Positions 7,808 through 18,423 of a stretch of 64,000 bases of DNA are shown piece after piece (position 1 is the stretch's first letter; each line of letters opens with the position of its first letter). This stretch comes from Desulfurococcales archaeon (GTDB lineage: Archaea; Thermoproteota; Thermoprotei_A; Sulfolobales; Desulfurococcaceae): the NCBI GenBank assembly GCA_027022365.1, contig JALVYU010000031.1, positions 96,001 to 160,000 on the forward strand. The letters run 5' to 3'. The notes beneath the pieces are model-generated. The model was not told where the DNA came from. It did no database searches and worked only from the letters and a program-made list of their open reading frames with translations. A program made the position numbers and the translations under genes.

Positions 7808-9442
7808 ATGGCGAATAAGCACTGGATTGATGAACTTGCCGACATCCTCGAGGAAAAGCTAAGGAGCAGGAGTAAAGATGTCCTAGTATTTAATGGGGGT
7901 CTCAGTGTTTCGGGTCTACAGCATGTCGGCCGCCTACGCGGCGAGATCATTATCCCAGAGACTTTAAGGAGAATTCTATCGCGCAGGGGATTCAAGATTA
8001 AACAGTACTTGACGCTCTACACGCAGGATGCATGGAAGGGTAAGGAGAGCCAACGCAGGGCCTTCAGGGATCCTGGTGAGGCCGAGAAGTATACAGGATG
8101 GCCATTGATAAGGGTTCCTGATCCTAAGGGGTGCCATGCTAACTGGGTGGAGCATTTCTGGGAGGACTTCGGCCCCTATATCAAGGAATTCACGGATGGA
8201 AATATAGAGGTCGTAACTACGACTGACCTCTACGCCGGGAAGCTCAGGGAATTTACTAAGAAGACATTCGAACTGAGAGACAAGGTCAGAGAGATTATCA
8301 ACAAGTACAGGGGGAGGAAGAAGTATCCCGAGACATGGATACCGTTCGAGCCAATATGCGATGGATGTGGTAGGATCGATAGTACTGAGGCAACCAGGGT
8401 AATCAATAGCGAGAAAGTAGAGTATAGGTGTAAGAAATGCGGTCATAGCGGAGAGACCAGTATTGTTAACGGGAAATTAAACTGGAGAATAGAGTGGGTT
8501 GGTGTTTGGTGGGCTTTAGGCGTTGATTTCGAGCCATATGGAAAAGACCATGCAACCCCCGGGGGGAGCAGGGACAGCTGTGTTGACCTGGCCATTAATG
8601 CTTATGGAATAATTCCTCCCGAGGGAATACCCTATGAATGGGTAGCAATGAGGACCAGGGACAAGAGAATAGTGGACATGTCGAGCAGTGACTTCACAGG
8701 GTTCACGCCAAGGGAGTGGTACGATGTCGCGCATCCCCATATATATAGGTTCCTCGTCCTAAAGACGCCTCCCATGAAGAAGCTTGTTGTAAGCCTTTAT
8801 GAGATACCACAGTATTATAGCCAGTACTACCAGGCGGAGCGGATATACTATGGTGTCGAGGATCCTGGTGACGAGGAAAAAAGGGTATTGCTGTCAAGGA
8901 GCTATGAGCTAAGCTACCCCGATGGGGAACCACCGGAGAAAATGCCGGAGCAGGTGCCGTATACTCATTTAGCCGTGCTCGTCCAGCTGGTTCCCCGCGA
9001 GCTATGGGGTACGGAGGGGCTGAGGAGGCTCAGGAACAGCGGCCACCTGCCCGAAAAGCCCACCGAGTATGGTGTCAAAAGGATACTCGAGACCATGGAG
9101 AGGGCAAGCAGATGGGTTGAAAAATACGCTCCCGACTATCTGAAGATAAAACTTCTAGAAGAGCCCGACCCGAGGATAATCGGGGAGATACCATGGGAGC
9201 ACCGCGAGATACTGTATAGAATGGGTGAAATGCTCGAAGAACTTGAGGAGTGGAGTGAAGACTCGATAAAGAACGTTATGATCGAGGCTACCAAAGACCT
9301 TAGCCCGAAGGAGAGGCGCGCCCTATACCATAGCTTCTACAAGTTATTCCTAGGAAGGCCAAGCGGGCCACGCGCGGCTCCATTAATAGCGTTGATAGGT
9401 AGAGAGACGAGCGTGAAGTTCCTGAAAGCGGTTAAAAAATAG
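7808..9442 (+). CDS. lysS: Lysyl-tRNA synthetase, class I
   Basis: HWID, SGLQHVGRLRGE, CxxC zinc motifs, GKLNWRIEW, EPYGKDH, MSSS and GPR motifs. Confidence 0.95.
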   Translation: MANKHWIDELADILEEKLRSRSKDVLVFNGGLSVSGLQHVGRLRGEIIIPETLRRILSRRGFKIKQYLTLYTQDAWKGKESQRRAFRDPGEAEKYTGWPLIRVPDPKGCHANWVEHFWEDFGPYIKEFTDGNIEVVTTTDLYAGKLREFTKKTFELRDKVREIINKYRGRKKYPETWIPFEPICDGCGRIDSTEATRVINSEKVEYRCKKCGHSGETSIVNGKLNWRIEWVGVWWALGVDFEPYGKDHATPGGSRDSCVDLAINAYGIIPPEGIPYEWVAMRTRDKRIVDMSSSDFTGFTPREWYDVAHPHIYRFLVLKTPPMKKLVVSLYEIPQYYSQYYQAERIYYGVEDPGDEEKRVLLSRSYELSYPDGEPPEKMPEQVPYTHLAVLVQLVPRELWGTEGLRRLRNSGHLPEKPTEYGVKRILETMERASRWVEKYAPDYLKIKLLEEPDPRIIGEIPWEHREILYRMGEMLEELEEWSEDSIKNVMIEATKDLSPKERRALYHSFYKLFLGRPSGPRAAPLIALIGRETSVKFLKAVKK

Positions 9443-9478
9443 CTTGTTTTTGGAGTATTCAACACTCATTCATTGTGC

Positions 9479-12400
9479 TCATTTCTTCTTGACAAGACCC
9501 AGAACTATCACTGCCGCTAGGACTATAGCTGACAAAGCTATTCCCGCTTCACTATAGAGAGTCGTCGTTGATAGTTTATCCTCTAGGCTTGTGATGTTCT
9601 GGCTTAGCGAGGCAATACCGTTCATTACGGCTTGTTTAGCGCTCCCTATGTCGCTCATTATCCTGCCTGTATTGGACTTTATCGTCTCCACTGTTGGTAC
9701 GAGTTTGTCGAGTGTTGTGTTCACCTGTCTTAGCCCCGACTTGAGGTCTGCGAGAACTGATTCGATGCTGGAAAGCCTTGACCTGACCTCCTTGATCTCT
9801 TCGCCATTAGTCTTTATCGCGTCTAAGACGCTGGTCTTTAACATGGTCGATAGGCTCGTGAAGTTTTCGCCTACACTATATGCAAGGCTATGTAGCTCGC
9901 CATAGACGTTCTGGAACCCATTGTATAGCGATGTAACTGCAACTACGGAGAAGCTCGTGTAACCTCTCAGAAATAAGAAGCTGTTGTTTCTCGTAGCCTC
10001 CACGTATATCGTGTAGCGCCCCGGATTTGTAGCGTTAAATGATATGATATAGGCTCCATTGCCTAGGCTCTTTATCCCCGGTTTTATTGTCCCCGTAGGC
10101 CCTGTCACATTGATTTTTAACATAGCTTCAACCGGCTCGCCCTTGTAGTAGGTGCGGAGAAATATGCTGACCTTTCTCCCGGTCTCCACGACTGGCGGCG
10201 CATTACTTGTTATCGTGAGACTGTTTCTACCGATAATGCTTATCCGGGCCTTCATGAATGGCTCTACCGCCGTTAATACATCGGGCGAAACATAGCTTGT
10301 TGGGAGCACGGTAACATTATATGCTCCCGGAGCCAAGTAGGGTAGCGCCAGCCTCCATGATGTTGAGCCGTAGGTTAGCTGCAGGTTCTGAACCAGTAGT
10401 CTGCCGGCAACATAGATGTTCACAGTCCTTGCCCCCACAAGATCCATGCCGTACGCCTTAATGATTATCGGTTCTCCGGGGCCCGTGGCAGACGGCTGTA
10501 CAAGTACCCCGATGGCGCCGAGAAATACCCTTACTTCACCCCAGCCGTACAGGCTGAACTTAACGAGTACTAGGCCGTTAACCCGGTCGTTGAACCTCAT
10601 CGTGTAGTTGTATTCTCCTGTGGCTGGCAGAGCTATGTTTGTCTTATTAACGACGTACAGTCCATATAGGAAGCCGTAGCTATTGACAAGCTTGACATTG
10701 GTGACCGTGGCAGTGTTCTGGCCCCCGACTACATATATCCAGGCCTTCTGGGATACACCATAAAGTGGGAGGTATCCCCGCGCAAAATATGATGTTATCT
10801 CGGCGGGTAGTTTGGAGACATAGTTTCCGAGCCTAGCGACACTGATTCCAGTTTTCTCGGCCGGGCTACTCCAGACGGGTAGTATGAGGTTGGAGTCTCC
10901 GAGCAGTGTTAGCTTGAATACTTCGCCGAGAACATAGGGGTCGGTGCCTGGAACGCTTGCAAGATAATCGGTTATTCCCTGCGCCACTACGTAGCCGAGG
11001 CTCGTCTCGTTCGTTCTGCCCATTAGCGAGCTGTATGCCGCCAGTATGTTATAGTGGAGATAAGTTGCCCCGTAATAGAAGGTGTACTCAATACCGTCCA
11101 TTAGATAGAACATTACGCCTAGCTCCGCGGCCACTCTTGCACTACCAATATACGCTATTCCTCCGGCAGGCGACATTAGTGTCGCTTCTCCAAAGCTCGG
11201 TGGGCGGAAGTATGGCGAGGGTATGTTGTCGTCCCACGCAGCGTTCATACAGGCAACGCTCGATACTATCGGTACGCTCGGATTGTTTTTCATAGCCATT
11301 AGATCCGATACTGACGCTAGTATTTCGAACGCCATAACAGTCTGGCCGTTTTCCTGGAGCAATAACCTATCAGCCAAAGCATTGCCTGAGCCATGGCATA
11401 ATGCGAAATACCATAGTGCGCCGCTGTCGCCGCTCAGTATCTTTAATACGGCGTTTCTATCATAGTTCATACTCGTCCTTGTAAGCATATGTACTCTGAA
11501 CATTGATAGTTGTCCCTTCATGTTCATCATCGATAGTGCTGACTCGCCGAACATTAGGGTTAGGCCGAACGGGTAGCCACCGGTCATGTATAGGTCTCTG
11601 CTACTGCTTGCCTCCGAGCCGTACCAGGCTATGATCTTGTTTATTACGTACTCTACGATTGACGGGTTGCTGAAAGGTATTCTCCCGACATATATGTTGG
11701 GGGCTAGGTCAAGGTCTGGGCTGGCGTAGAAGAAGTCTGTTGGAACCCAATCATTGTAGGAATCGTAGATCTTGTAGTGGTAGTAGAAGCTTGGAGGTAT
11801 GTCGCTGGCATTCCCTATGATCAAGAGGTTACTGTATTCTCCGAGAGTCTTGTTGAGATAATCTATTATTTTGAGGGCTAGCGTCCAGTTATAGGTCTTC
11901 GCAATAATCCCGTAGTAGGTGTCATTGAATAACGGGTTGTAGAATCCGGGGTACTGGGTGATATTGTTTATAGGCTTATAGTTCTTCCATATATAGCTCG
12001 TAGTGACAATAGTGACATTATAGCCTTTATTCTTGTAGAAGTCGGCAAGCCTCGTAACGTTTCCCACTAGCTTATCTGTTGTGAGAATAAGGAGTGATTT
12101 ATCAGCATATGTTACGGGGATGGGGCTCGGGTAATCAATATACACCGACGCCTTGTCAATGTAGAATAGCGTATTGGTTACGGGATCATATTGTGCCGGA
12201 TAGTATCTTACGATAATTATTGTTTTTCCATGCATGCCATGCCATACATTGACGTCTAAGAGTTTTCCGGGATAGTATTTATCTGTCGAATATATTTCTT
12301 TGTCCACAATATAACGCAGTGTCTGGTTGCCTAGCCCATATAGGAGAGGCTGAGGTGCTGGGACCACGGGGTCAACGAGATATTTTACACCTACTTGTTT

Positions 12401-12754
12401 GATGTAGACATATGCGTGAACCTTATCGGCGGGAACGTAGCCGTTAACCTCGATCTTATAGGTGTACACGGGCAGCATTGGGTGTCCAGGCGTCACTATG
12501 TATGAGCGTGCGCCATCGGCTACGATGAATGTATAGTTTCTCAGCACAGCCGTGAAACTGTATTTATAGTCGGCGGTAAAGCCTAAGGGCGTGTTTAACG
12601 GGTGATCAACATATGGTCCAATGATTCCATGTCGGCTCAGCACATGGTATGGTTGTGGAGGAGCATATCCTACCGCCTGTAGAGGTGCTACGATCATTGT
12701 TATAACTAGAAGTGATATGAGTAGATATTTGGACAATGCATTCATTTGTTTCAC
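9479..12754 (-). CDS. Secreted, C-terminally anchored gingipain-like cysteine peptidase (family C25) with coiled-coil stalk
   Basis: Signal peptide; propeptide motifs PGHPMLP and YPAQYDPVTNTL; catalytic-domain motifs LLIIGNASDIP, TDFFYA, VGRIP, HGSG, ACMNA, GGIAYIGSAR and LLGDS; then a beta-rich region, heptad repeats, a TM helix and KKK. Confidence 0.85.
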   Translation of the reverse strand: MKQMNALSKYLLISLLVITMIVAPLQAVGYAPPQPYHVLSRHGIIGPYVDHPLNTPLGFTADYKYSFTAVLRNYTFIVADGARSYIVTPGHPMLPVYTYKIEVNGYVPADKVHAYVYIKQVGVKYLVDPVVPAPQPLLYGLGNQTLRYIVDKEIYSTDKYYPGKLLDVNVWHGMHGKTIIIVRYYPAQYDPVTNTLFYIDKASVYIDYPSPIPVTYADKSLLILTTDKLVGNVTRLADFYKNKGYNVTIVTTSYIWKNYKPINNITQYPGFYNPLFNDTYYGIIAKTYNWTLALKIIDYLNKTLGEYSNLLIIGNASDIPPSFYYHYKIYDSYNDWVPTDFFYASPDLDLAPNIYVGRIPFSNPSIVEYVINKIIAWYGSEASSSRDLYMTGGYPFGLTLMFGESALSMMNMKGQLSMFRVHMLTRTSMNYDRNAVLKILSGDSGALWYFALCHGSGNALADRLLLQENGQTVMAFEILASVSDLMAMKNNPSVPIVSSVACMNAAWDDNIPSPYFRPPSFGEATLMSPAGGIAYIGSARVAAELGVMFYLMDGIEYTFYYGATYLHYNILAAYSSLMGRTNETSLGYVVAQGITDYLASVPGTDPYVLGEVFKLTLLGDSNLILPVWSSPAEKTGISVARLGNYVSKLPAEITSYFARGYLPLYGVSQKAWIYVVGGQNTATVTNVKLVNSYGFLYGLYVVNKTNIALPATGEYNYTMRFNDRVNGLVLVKFSLYGWGEVRVFLGAIGVLVQPSATGPGEPIIIKAYGMDLVGARTVNIYVAGRLLVQNLQLTYGSTSWRLALPYLAPGAYNVTVLPTSYVSPDVLTAVEPFMKARISIIGRNSLTITSNAPPVVETGRKVSIFLRTYYKGEPVEAMLKINVTGPTGTIKPGIKSLGNGAYIISFNATNPGRYTIYVEATRNNSFLFLRGYTSFSVVAVTSLYNGFQNVYGELHSLAYSVGENFTSLSTMLKTSVLDAIKTNGEEIKEVRSRLSSIESVLADLKSGLRQVNTTLDKLVPTVETIKSNTGRIMSDIGSAKQAVMNGIASLSQNITSLEDKLSTTTLYSEAGIALSAIVLAAVIVLGLVKKK

Positions 12755-12887
12755 TCTGCCTCAATTGTTTGGAAATATTAATGAATTCGTAGACATTTAA
12801 ATTTTCCCATAAAATCAGCGCATCAACAATCACGTATTACATTGATATAATACTACAACTATACAGTCTATAGGAGGGACAGGTAAA

Positions 12888-14051
12888 ATGCTCGAGAAAT
12901 TCACCGTTTATAACGGCGGGGTCAAATTATACTTCGGCCCAGAAGTCATAGGGAACCTCAAGAAGCATCTGAGAAACCACAAAAAGCTCCTCATAGTCTC
13001 GGGGAAAAGATCAGCCGATATATCGGGGGCTTTCCCCGAGCTCAAAAAGATCCTTGATGAACAGGGAATAGAGTATGTTAGATATACAGATGTGAAGCCT
13101 AATCCTACCGATAATATCGTAGAGACTATTAGGCGGGTCTACCTCGATGAGAACTGTGACGGCATAGTGGCCATAGGGGGCGGAAGCCCGATAGACTCTG
13201 CTAAAGCCGCCCGCGTGCTGATCGCTGGAGGCGGAAGTATAAAAGAGTATCTATACGGGCTAAGAAAACCACCGGCACAACAGCCTCCACTCTACGCCAT
13301 AAACCTCACACATGGAACGGGAACGGAGATCGATAGGTACTCCGTCGTCACAATAACTGAAACACGCGAGAAAATAGGTTTCGGGCCCGGATACCCTACA
13401 GCATCAATAGATGATCCTAGGTACCTAGTGACACTACCCACGAACCAGACAAGATACACCGCCCTGGACGCATTCGCGCACGCGGTCGAGTCCAGTACCT
13501 CGTCGCTAAGCAGCCCGTACTCCAGATTATTATCGAGGGAAGCGGTAGCCCTGATCGTCAAATACCTCCCAGTAGCAGTAGAGAAGCCCGATGATCTCGA
13601 GGCGAGGTACTGGCTACTATACGCTTCGATGCTCGCAGGCATAGCAATAGATCATGGCGTAACACAGCTTGGCCACGGACTAGAACACGTGTTATCAGGC
13701 CTGAAGCCGGAGCTACCCCACGGTGCAGGACTGGCGATACTGTACCGGGAGCTTATAAGGCATTTCTACCGCGAGAGACCATTGGAGATGAAATATGTTC
13801 TTGAACCACTCGAGCCAAGCCTAAAACCAGTCCCCGAAGATGCCGACAAGGCTCAGGAAGCATTCAATAAGTTCCTCGAGAAAATAGGGTTTACCGAGAC
13901 GCTATCAACCTACGGATTCACGAGAGAAGATGTCGATGAAATAATAAGGCTACTCTACGAGACAAACCTGCGTAAACGCTACGAGCCCCTAACTCCGTAT
14001 GGTCTGCCGGATAAGGACTACCTGAAGCAACTCATCATCAAACTCCTTTAG
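12888..14051 (+). CDS. Iron-containing alcohol dehydrogenase
   Basis: VKPNP, GGGSPIDSAK, THGTGTE, DAFAHAVE, HGLEH and PHGAG metal-ligand motifs. Confidence 0.92.
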   Translation: MLEKFTVYNGGVKLYFGPEVIGNLKKHLRNHKKLLIVSGKRSADISGAFPELKKILDEQGIEYVRYTDVKPNPTDNIVETIRRVYLDENCDGIVAIGGGSPIDSAKAARVLIAGGGSIKEYLYGLRKPPAQQPPLYAINLTHGTGTEIDRYSVVTITETREKIGFGPGYPTASIDDPRYLVTLPTNQTRYTALDAFAHAVESSTSSLSSPYSRLLSREAVALIVKYLPVAVEKPDDLEARYWLLYASMLAGIAIDHGVTQLGHGLEHVLSGLKPELPHGAGLAILYRELIRHFYRERPLEMKYVLEPLEPSLKPVPEDADKAQEAFNKFLEKIGFTETLSTYGFTREDVDEIIRLLYETNLRKRYEPLTPYGLPDKDYLKQLIIKLL

Positions 14052-14158
14052 TCCTCCAGCCATTGAACGTGTTGGGGCCGGGCATAAAAGCAATTATTTA
14101 TTTTTCCGCATAATTCAAGACCAAAACAACGAGGGTATCGGGCGAGGGAGAAACTGTT

Positions 14159-17065
14159 TTGCACCGAGCAGATTTCCTAGAACATCTAAGGATGATCGAG
14201 GCTAAATGGCAGAAGAGATGGACGGAGGACCGTGTATTCGAGCCTCGGCCCGAGGAGGGCAAGGAGAAATACTTCATCACGGTTCCCTACCCATATACTA
14301 ATGGCCCACTGCACATTGGTCATGGGAGAACCTATACCATAGGAGATATTGTGGCTAGGTATAAGAGGCTCAGAGGATATAATGTCCTGTTCCCTATGGC
14401 TTTCCATATCACGGGCACCCCGATCATAGCTATATCTGAGAGGATAAGCCGGGGCGATGAAAAGGTAATCCAGATGTACAAGCACTATGTAGGTGTATAC
14501 GTTAGTGATGAGGAGAAAATAGATGAAATAGTCAAGGAGTTCAAGGATCCCCTAAGACTAGCCACTTTCTTCGCTGAGAGAATACATAGCGACTTCTCAG
14601 CACTAGGATATAGCATTGATTGGAGACGGAAATTCCACACCGGTGAACCAATATATAACGCTTTCGTCACATGGCAGTTCCTAAGACTAAGAGACTTGGG
14701 CCTAATTACTCAGGGAGACCACGTGGTAACATACTGTCTGCTCCACAGACAACCCGAGGGAGAAGACGATATCAAAGACGCCGACACTAATCCCGTCGAG
14801 ATCCTCGAGTTCACGGCCATAAAGTTCGAGCTAGCGGATGAGCCGAGGACTTATCTTGTGGCCGCTACCCTCAGGCCTGAAACGATATTCGGTGCCACGA
14901 ACTTGTGGGTGAACCCTGATGCCATGTATGTGGTTGTGGAGTGGAGGGGTGAAAAGATAATATTATCGGATGAGGCTCTCGTCAAGCTACGGCACCAGCA
15001 CCCCGAGGACGAGATCAAGGAGCTGAAAAAGCTCAGGGGAAGAGAGCTGGTAGGTAAGATTGTCTACTCGCCTCTCGGGACAAAGCTCTATGTACTCCCG
15101 GCCAGGTTTGTTGACCCGGATAACGCGACTGGAGTGGTCTACTCCGAGCCGAGCGATGCCCCATACGACTATGTAGCGCTTATGGAGCTCAAGAAGAACA
15201 AGGAGATCCTGAGAGAATATGGTCTCGACCCTGCGATAATGGATTCAATAGAGCCCATAAAGATCATTGATGTCCCGGGAATAGAGGGTCACCATGCCGC
15301 TAAAGTTGTTGAGGAAATGGGTATAAGCAGACAGGATGATGCCAGGCTGGAGGAAGCGACGAAGAAGGTGTATAGGGAGCAGTACTATCGCGGCAAGATG
15401 ATCGTTGAGCATCCCGAGTTCCGTGGAATGCCTGTTAAAGAGGCAAAGGACAAGGTAAGATCATGGCTGATCAGGAACGGCTTTGCCTTCATATTCTATG
15501 AGCTAAACAGGAAGGCAGTATGCAGGGCTGGCGGAAAGATAATCGTTGCCAAGATAAAGGGGCAGTGGTTCATAGACTACAGTGTGCCGTGGTGGAAGGA
15601 AAGAGCGAGAAAATACCTCACGGAAATAGTCAAGATACTGCCCGAGAAATACAGGAAGGCTTTCCTAGACATAGTTGACTGGATAGAGAAGAGGCCATGT
15701 GCACGTAGGAGAGGCTTAGGGACAAGACTACCATTTGACCCGGAATGGATTATCGAGAGCTTATCGGACTCAACTATCTACATGGCGTTCTACACGATCG
15801 CCCACATAATTAGGCGGGAGAACATAAAGCCTGAACAACTCAAACCAGAGTTCTTCGACTACGTCTTCCTAGGCAAGGGAGAACCAGAGAGGGTAGCTGC
15901 CGAGACAAGGATATCGAGGGAGACAATAGAGGAGATGAGGAGAGAATTCACCTACTGGTACCCTGTGGATCAGAGGCACACGGGAATAGCGCATATAAGT
16001 AATCATCTCACGTTCTTCATATTTCATCACCTCGCATTATTCCCTGAACACCACTGGCCACGCATGATATCCCTGAACGAGATGGTGATACGTGAAGGAG
16101 TAAAGATGAGTAAGAGTAAGGGCAACGTAATACTTCTGAGAGACATCGTGACCAAGTACAGTGCCGACCTCTTCCGCCTTTATATAGCTGGAACGGCTAA
16201 TCTAGACTCAATACTAGACTGGCGCGAAGCAGAAGTATCAATGACAATAGATGCGTTGAGGAGGTTCTACAGCCTCTGCCTCAAAGCAGTAGAGGCCGAG
16301 CCCCTGGACAAGAGAGACAGGCTTATCGATAGATGGTTCTTCTCGAGATTCAACAAGATAATAGATGAAGCGGCAAAGCACCTAGACAAGATGGAGATCA
16401 GGGACTACGTCCAGACCATCTTCTACAAGGCCATGTCCATCATAGAGCACTACAGGGAGAGGACAAGCCAAGAAGAAGCCGTTAGAGCGGTAAGGGCGGT
16501 GCTCAACAAGTGGCTGGTAGCACTCAACCCTGTAATACCTCATCTCACCGAGGAGATAGGCGAGAAGCTCGGCTATAAACAGTACGTGTCCCTGATGAAG
16601 TGGCCTGAGCCGAGCAGTGAGGAATACGACGATGTAGCTGAGCTCATCGAGGACAGCATAGTGTCCTTCATTGACGATGTTAAGAACGTGCTTAACGTGA
16701 TAAAGGAGAAGCCAACAAAGATAACTATCGTCATAGCTGATCAGTGGAAGCGCGAACTAGCAAGGCTCGTGGAGGAAAACAAGTCTCTGAGAGAGACAAT
16801 ACGGATTCTGAGGGATAAGTACGGGCTACGTGGTAAGGAGAAAGAGATTGTTGCTGCCTACAATATGCTTAAGAAGAACAAGATACCGGGCTCGTGGCGT
16901 ATAGGGTTAGAGGAGGAGATGAAAGGCTATATGGAAGCTGCTAGCTATATTGCGAGGAAGACAGGGCTCGAGGTAGAGATACTGAGCGAGCAGGAGGCCA
17001 GGGCTAACGCTGTACCTAAGGCGGATAAAGCTCTTCCATTGAGGCCGGCCTTCTATATAAAGTAA
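14159..17065 (+). CDS. leuS: Leucyl-tRNA synthetase (archaeal type)
   Basis: PYTNGPLHIGH, ATLRPET, CP1 editing region SDAPYDY, IESLSDSTIYMA, KMSKSKGN and C-terminal ALPLRPAFYI. Confidence 0.95.
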   Translation: MHRADFLEHLRMIEAKWQKRWTEDRVFEPRPEEGKEKYFITVPYPYTNGPLHIGHGRTYTIGDIVARYKRLRGYNVLFPMAFHITGTPIIAISERISRGDEKVIQMYKHYVGVYVSDEEKIDEIVKEFKDPLRLATFFAERIHSDFSALGYSIDWRRKFHTGEPIYNAFVTWQFLRLRDLGLITQGDHVVTYCLLHRQPEGEDDIKDADTNPVEILEFTAIKFELADEPRTYLVAATLRPETIFGATNLWVNPDAMYVVVEWRGEKIILSDEALVKLRHQHPEDEIKELKKLRGRELVGKIVYSPLGTKLYVLPARFVDPDNATGVVYSEPSDAPYDYVALMELKKNKEILREYGLDPAIMDSIEPIKIIDVPGIEGHHAAKVVEEMGISRQDDARLEEATKKVYREQYYRGKMIVEHPEFRGMPVKEAKDKVRSWLIRNGFAFIFYELNRKAVCRAGGKIIVAKIKGQWFIDYSVPWWKERARKYLTEIVKILPEKYRKAFLDIVDWIEKRPCARRRGLGTRLPFDPEWIIESLSDSTIYMAFYTIAHIIRRENIKPEQLKPEFFDYVFLGKGEPERVAAETRISRETIEEMRREFTYWYPVDQRHTGIAHISNHLTFFIFHHLALFPEHHWPRMISLNEMVIREGVKMSKSKGNVILLRDIVTKYSADLFRLYIAGTANLDSILDWREAEVSMTIDALRRFYSLCLKAVEAEPLDKRDRLIDRWFFSRFNKIIDEAAKHLDKMEIRDYVQTIFYKAMSIIEHYRERTSQEEAVRAVRAVLNKWLVALNPVIPHLTEEIGEKLGYKQYVSLMKWPEPSSEEYDDVAELIEDSIVSFIDDVKNVLNVIKEKPTKITIVIADQWKRELARLVEENKSLRETIRILRDKYGLRGKEKEIVAAYNMLKKNKIPGSWRIGLEEEMKGYMEAASYIARKTGLEVEILSEQEARANAVPKADKALPLRPAFYIK

Positions 17066-17193
17066 CATATTTTGTTAAAGAATTTTATACAGATTACCAG
17101 TTTCTTTATCCCATTTCTTTCCCACATCACAGAATTTAATACCTCCTTAAAAAATTATAGATACACGAACAGTAGCTGGGAGGCTGAGCTGAA

Positions 17194-18423
17194 ATGATAA
17201 GGATGATCAGGCTCCGCCGGCTACTGGTGAGAAGAGCAGACATATTGACCTTTGTCGTAGGATTCGCTATTGGAGCAGGCATACTGGGACTACCAGTAAA
17301 ATTCGGTACAAGCGGGGCAGGCTTCCTGCCCAGCGTAGCCATGCTTATACTGGCGCTGACATTCCAGATAATAACGGCCGTATACGTTGTCGAGGGACTA
17401 GACGTTCTCGGCCCTTCAGAGTATCCTAAGCTCATGGAGAAAGGGCTCGGGAAATGGGCGGCTATAACGGCCTATATAACTATAGCAATAGACCTCATAG
17501 GAGCTATGACTGCATACATAATATTCGGCGGGGAGGCAATCTATACTCTCAGTCACGCCTGGATAGCTGTATGGCTCGGCATGATAATCTACTGGATAAT
17601 AGGTGTAGCGATCACGATAGGTGGGGCGAAAATAATAGCCAGAGCGGAAGAAACGATGGTCGCTATAATAATCCTACTACTATTCATAAACGTGTTTCTA
17701 TGCCTATCAACACCCTATGTGAACATAAACAATCTGCTCTGGGGAGACTGGAGCAAGATGTTTAGCGTCTTCGGCATAGTGTTGTTCGCCTACGCAATAC
17801 ATTCTGCAATACCAACGGCTTACAGGACTTTCGGAATGGATGAACGCTACGACAGGCTCTTATCCCTCGGCCTAACGATATCGGCGGTAGTCTATATTAT
17901 ATGGTCGGCGGCATACATGTCTATACTAACACCACAGGACTATACGAGGACATTTGTCGGCGCACTCACAGGGAAAGTACACCATGGCCTCTACGGATTA
18001 CCAGCACCAATAGCTGTTGCTGAGCTAGGCAAACTCAAGGTGGCGGCACTACTAGGCTATATCTTCGGATTCTTCACAACACTTACAAGCTTCATCGCGG
18101 CAGCGCATGCGTTGACGCAGATAAATCTCGAACTAACAAAAGCTGGGTCGAGACGTAATATGAATTTAGTATTACTACTAACCTGTATCATACCATTGGT
18201 TCTCGCACTTCTCAGGCTGGGAAGCTTCATACAGTGGCTTAACTTCGCTGGAGCGATCGGAGCGGGAATATTCACGGGGATACTACCATGTCTACTGGCG
18301 CTGAAATTCAGGATAAAGAAGCCGGAAGGCTTCAAACCACTTATGCCGGGAGGAATACCGGTCGTGATCATTACTCTGCTGTTCTACGCCTACGGCATAG
18401 CCTGGTTCCTTATCCACGGCTAA
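17194..18423 (+). CDS. Amino acid permease (aromatic amino acid/HAAAP-like family)
   Basis: IGAGILGLP in TM1, FAYAIHSAIP and TSFI motifs; about 11 TM helices. Confidence 0.8.
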   Translation: MIRMIRLRRLLVRRADILTFVVGFAIGAGILGLPVKFGTSGAGFLPSVAMLILALTFQIITAVYVVEGLDVLGPSEYPKLMEKGLGKWAAITAYITIAIDLIGAMTAYIIFGGEAIYTLSHAWIAVWLGMIIYWIIGVAITIGGAKIIARAEETMVAIIILLLFINVFLCLSTPYVNINNLLWGDWSKMFSVFGIVLFAYAIHSAIPTAYRTFGMDERYDRLLSLGLTISAVVYIIWSAAYMSILTPQDYTRTFVGALTGKVHHGLYGLPAPIAVAELGKLKVAALLGYIFGFFTTLTSFIAAAHALTQINLELTKAGSRRNMNLVLLLTCIIPLVLALLRLGSFIQWLNFAGAIGAGIFTGILPCLLALKFRIKKPEGFKPLMPGGIPVVIITLLFYAYGIAWFLIHG

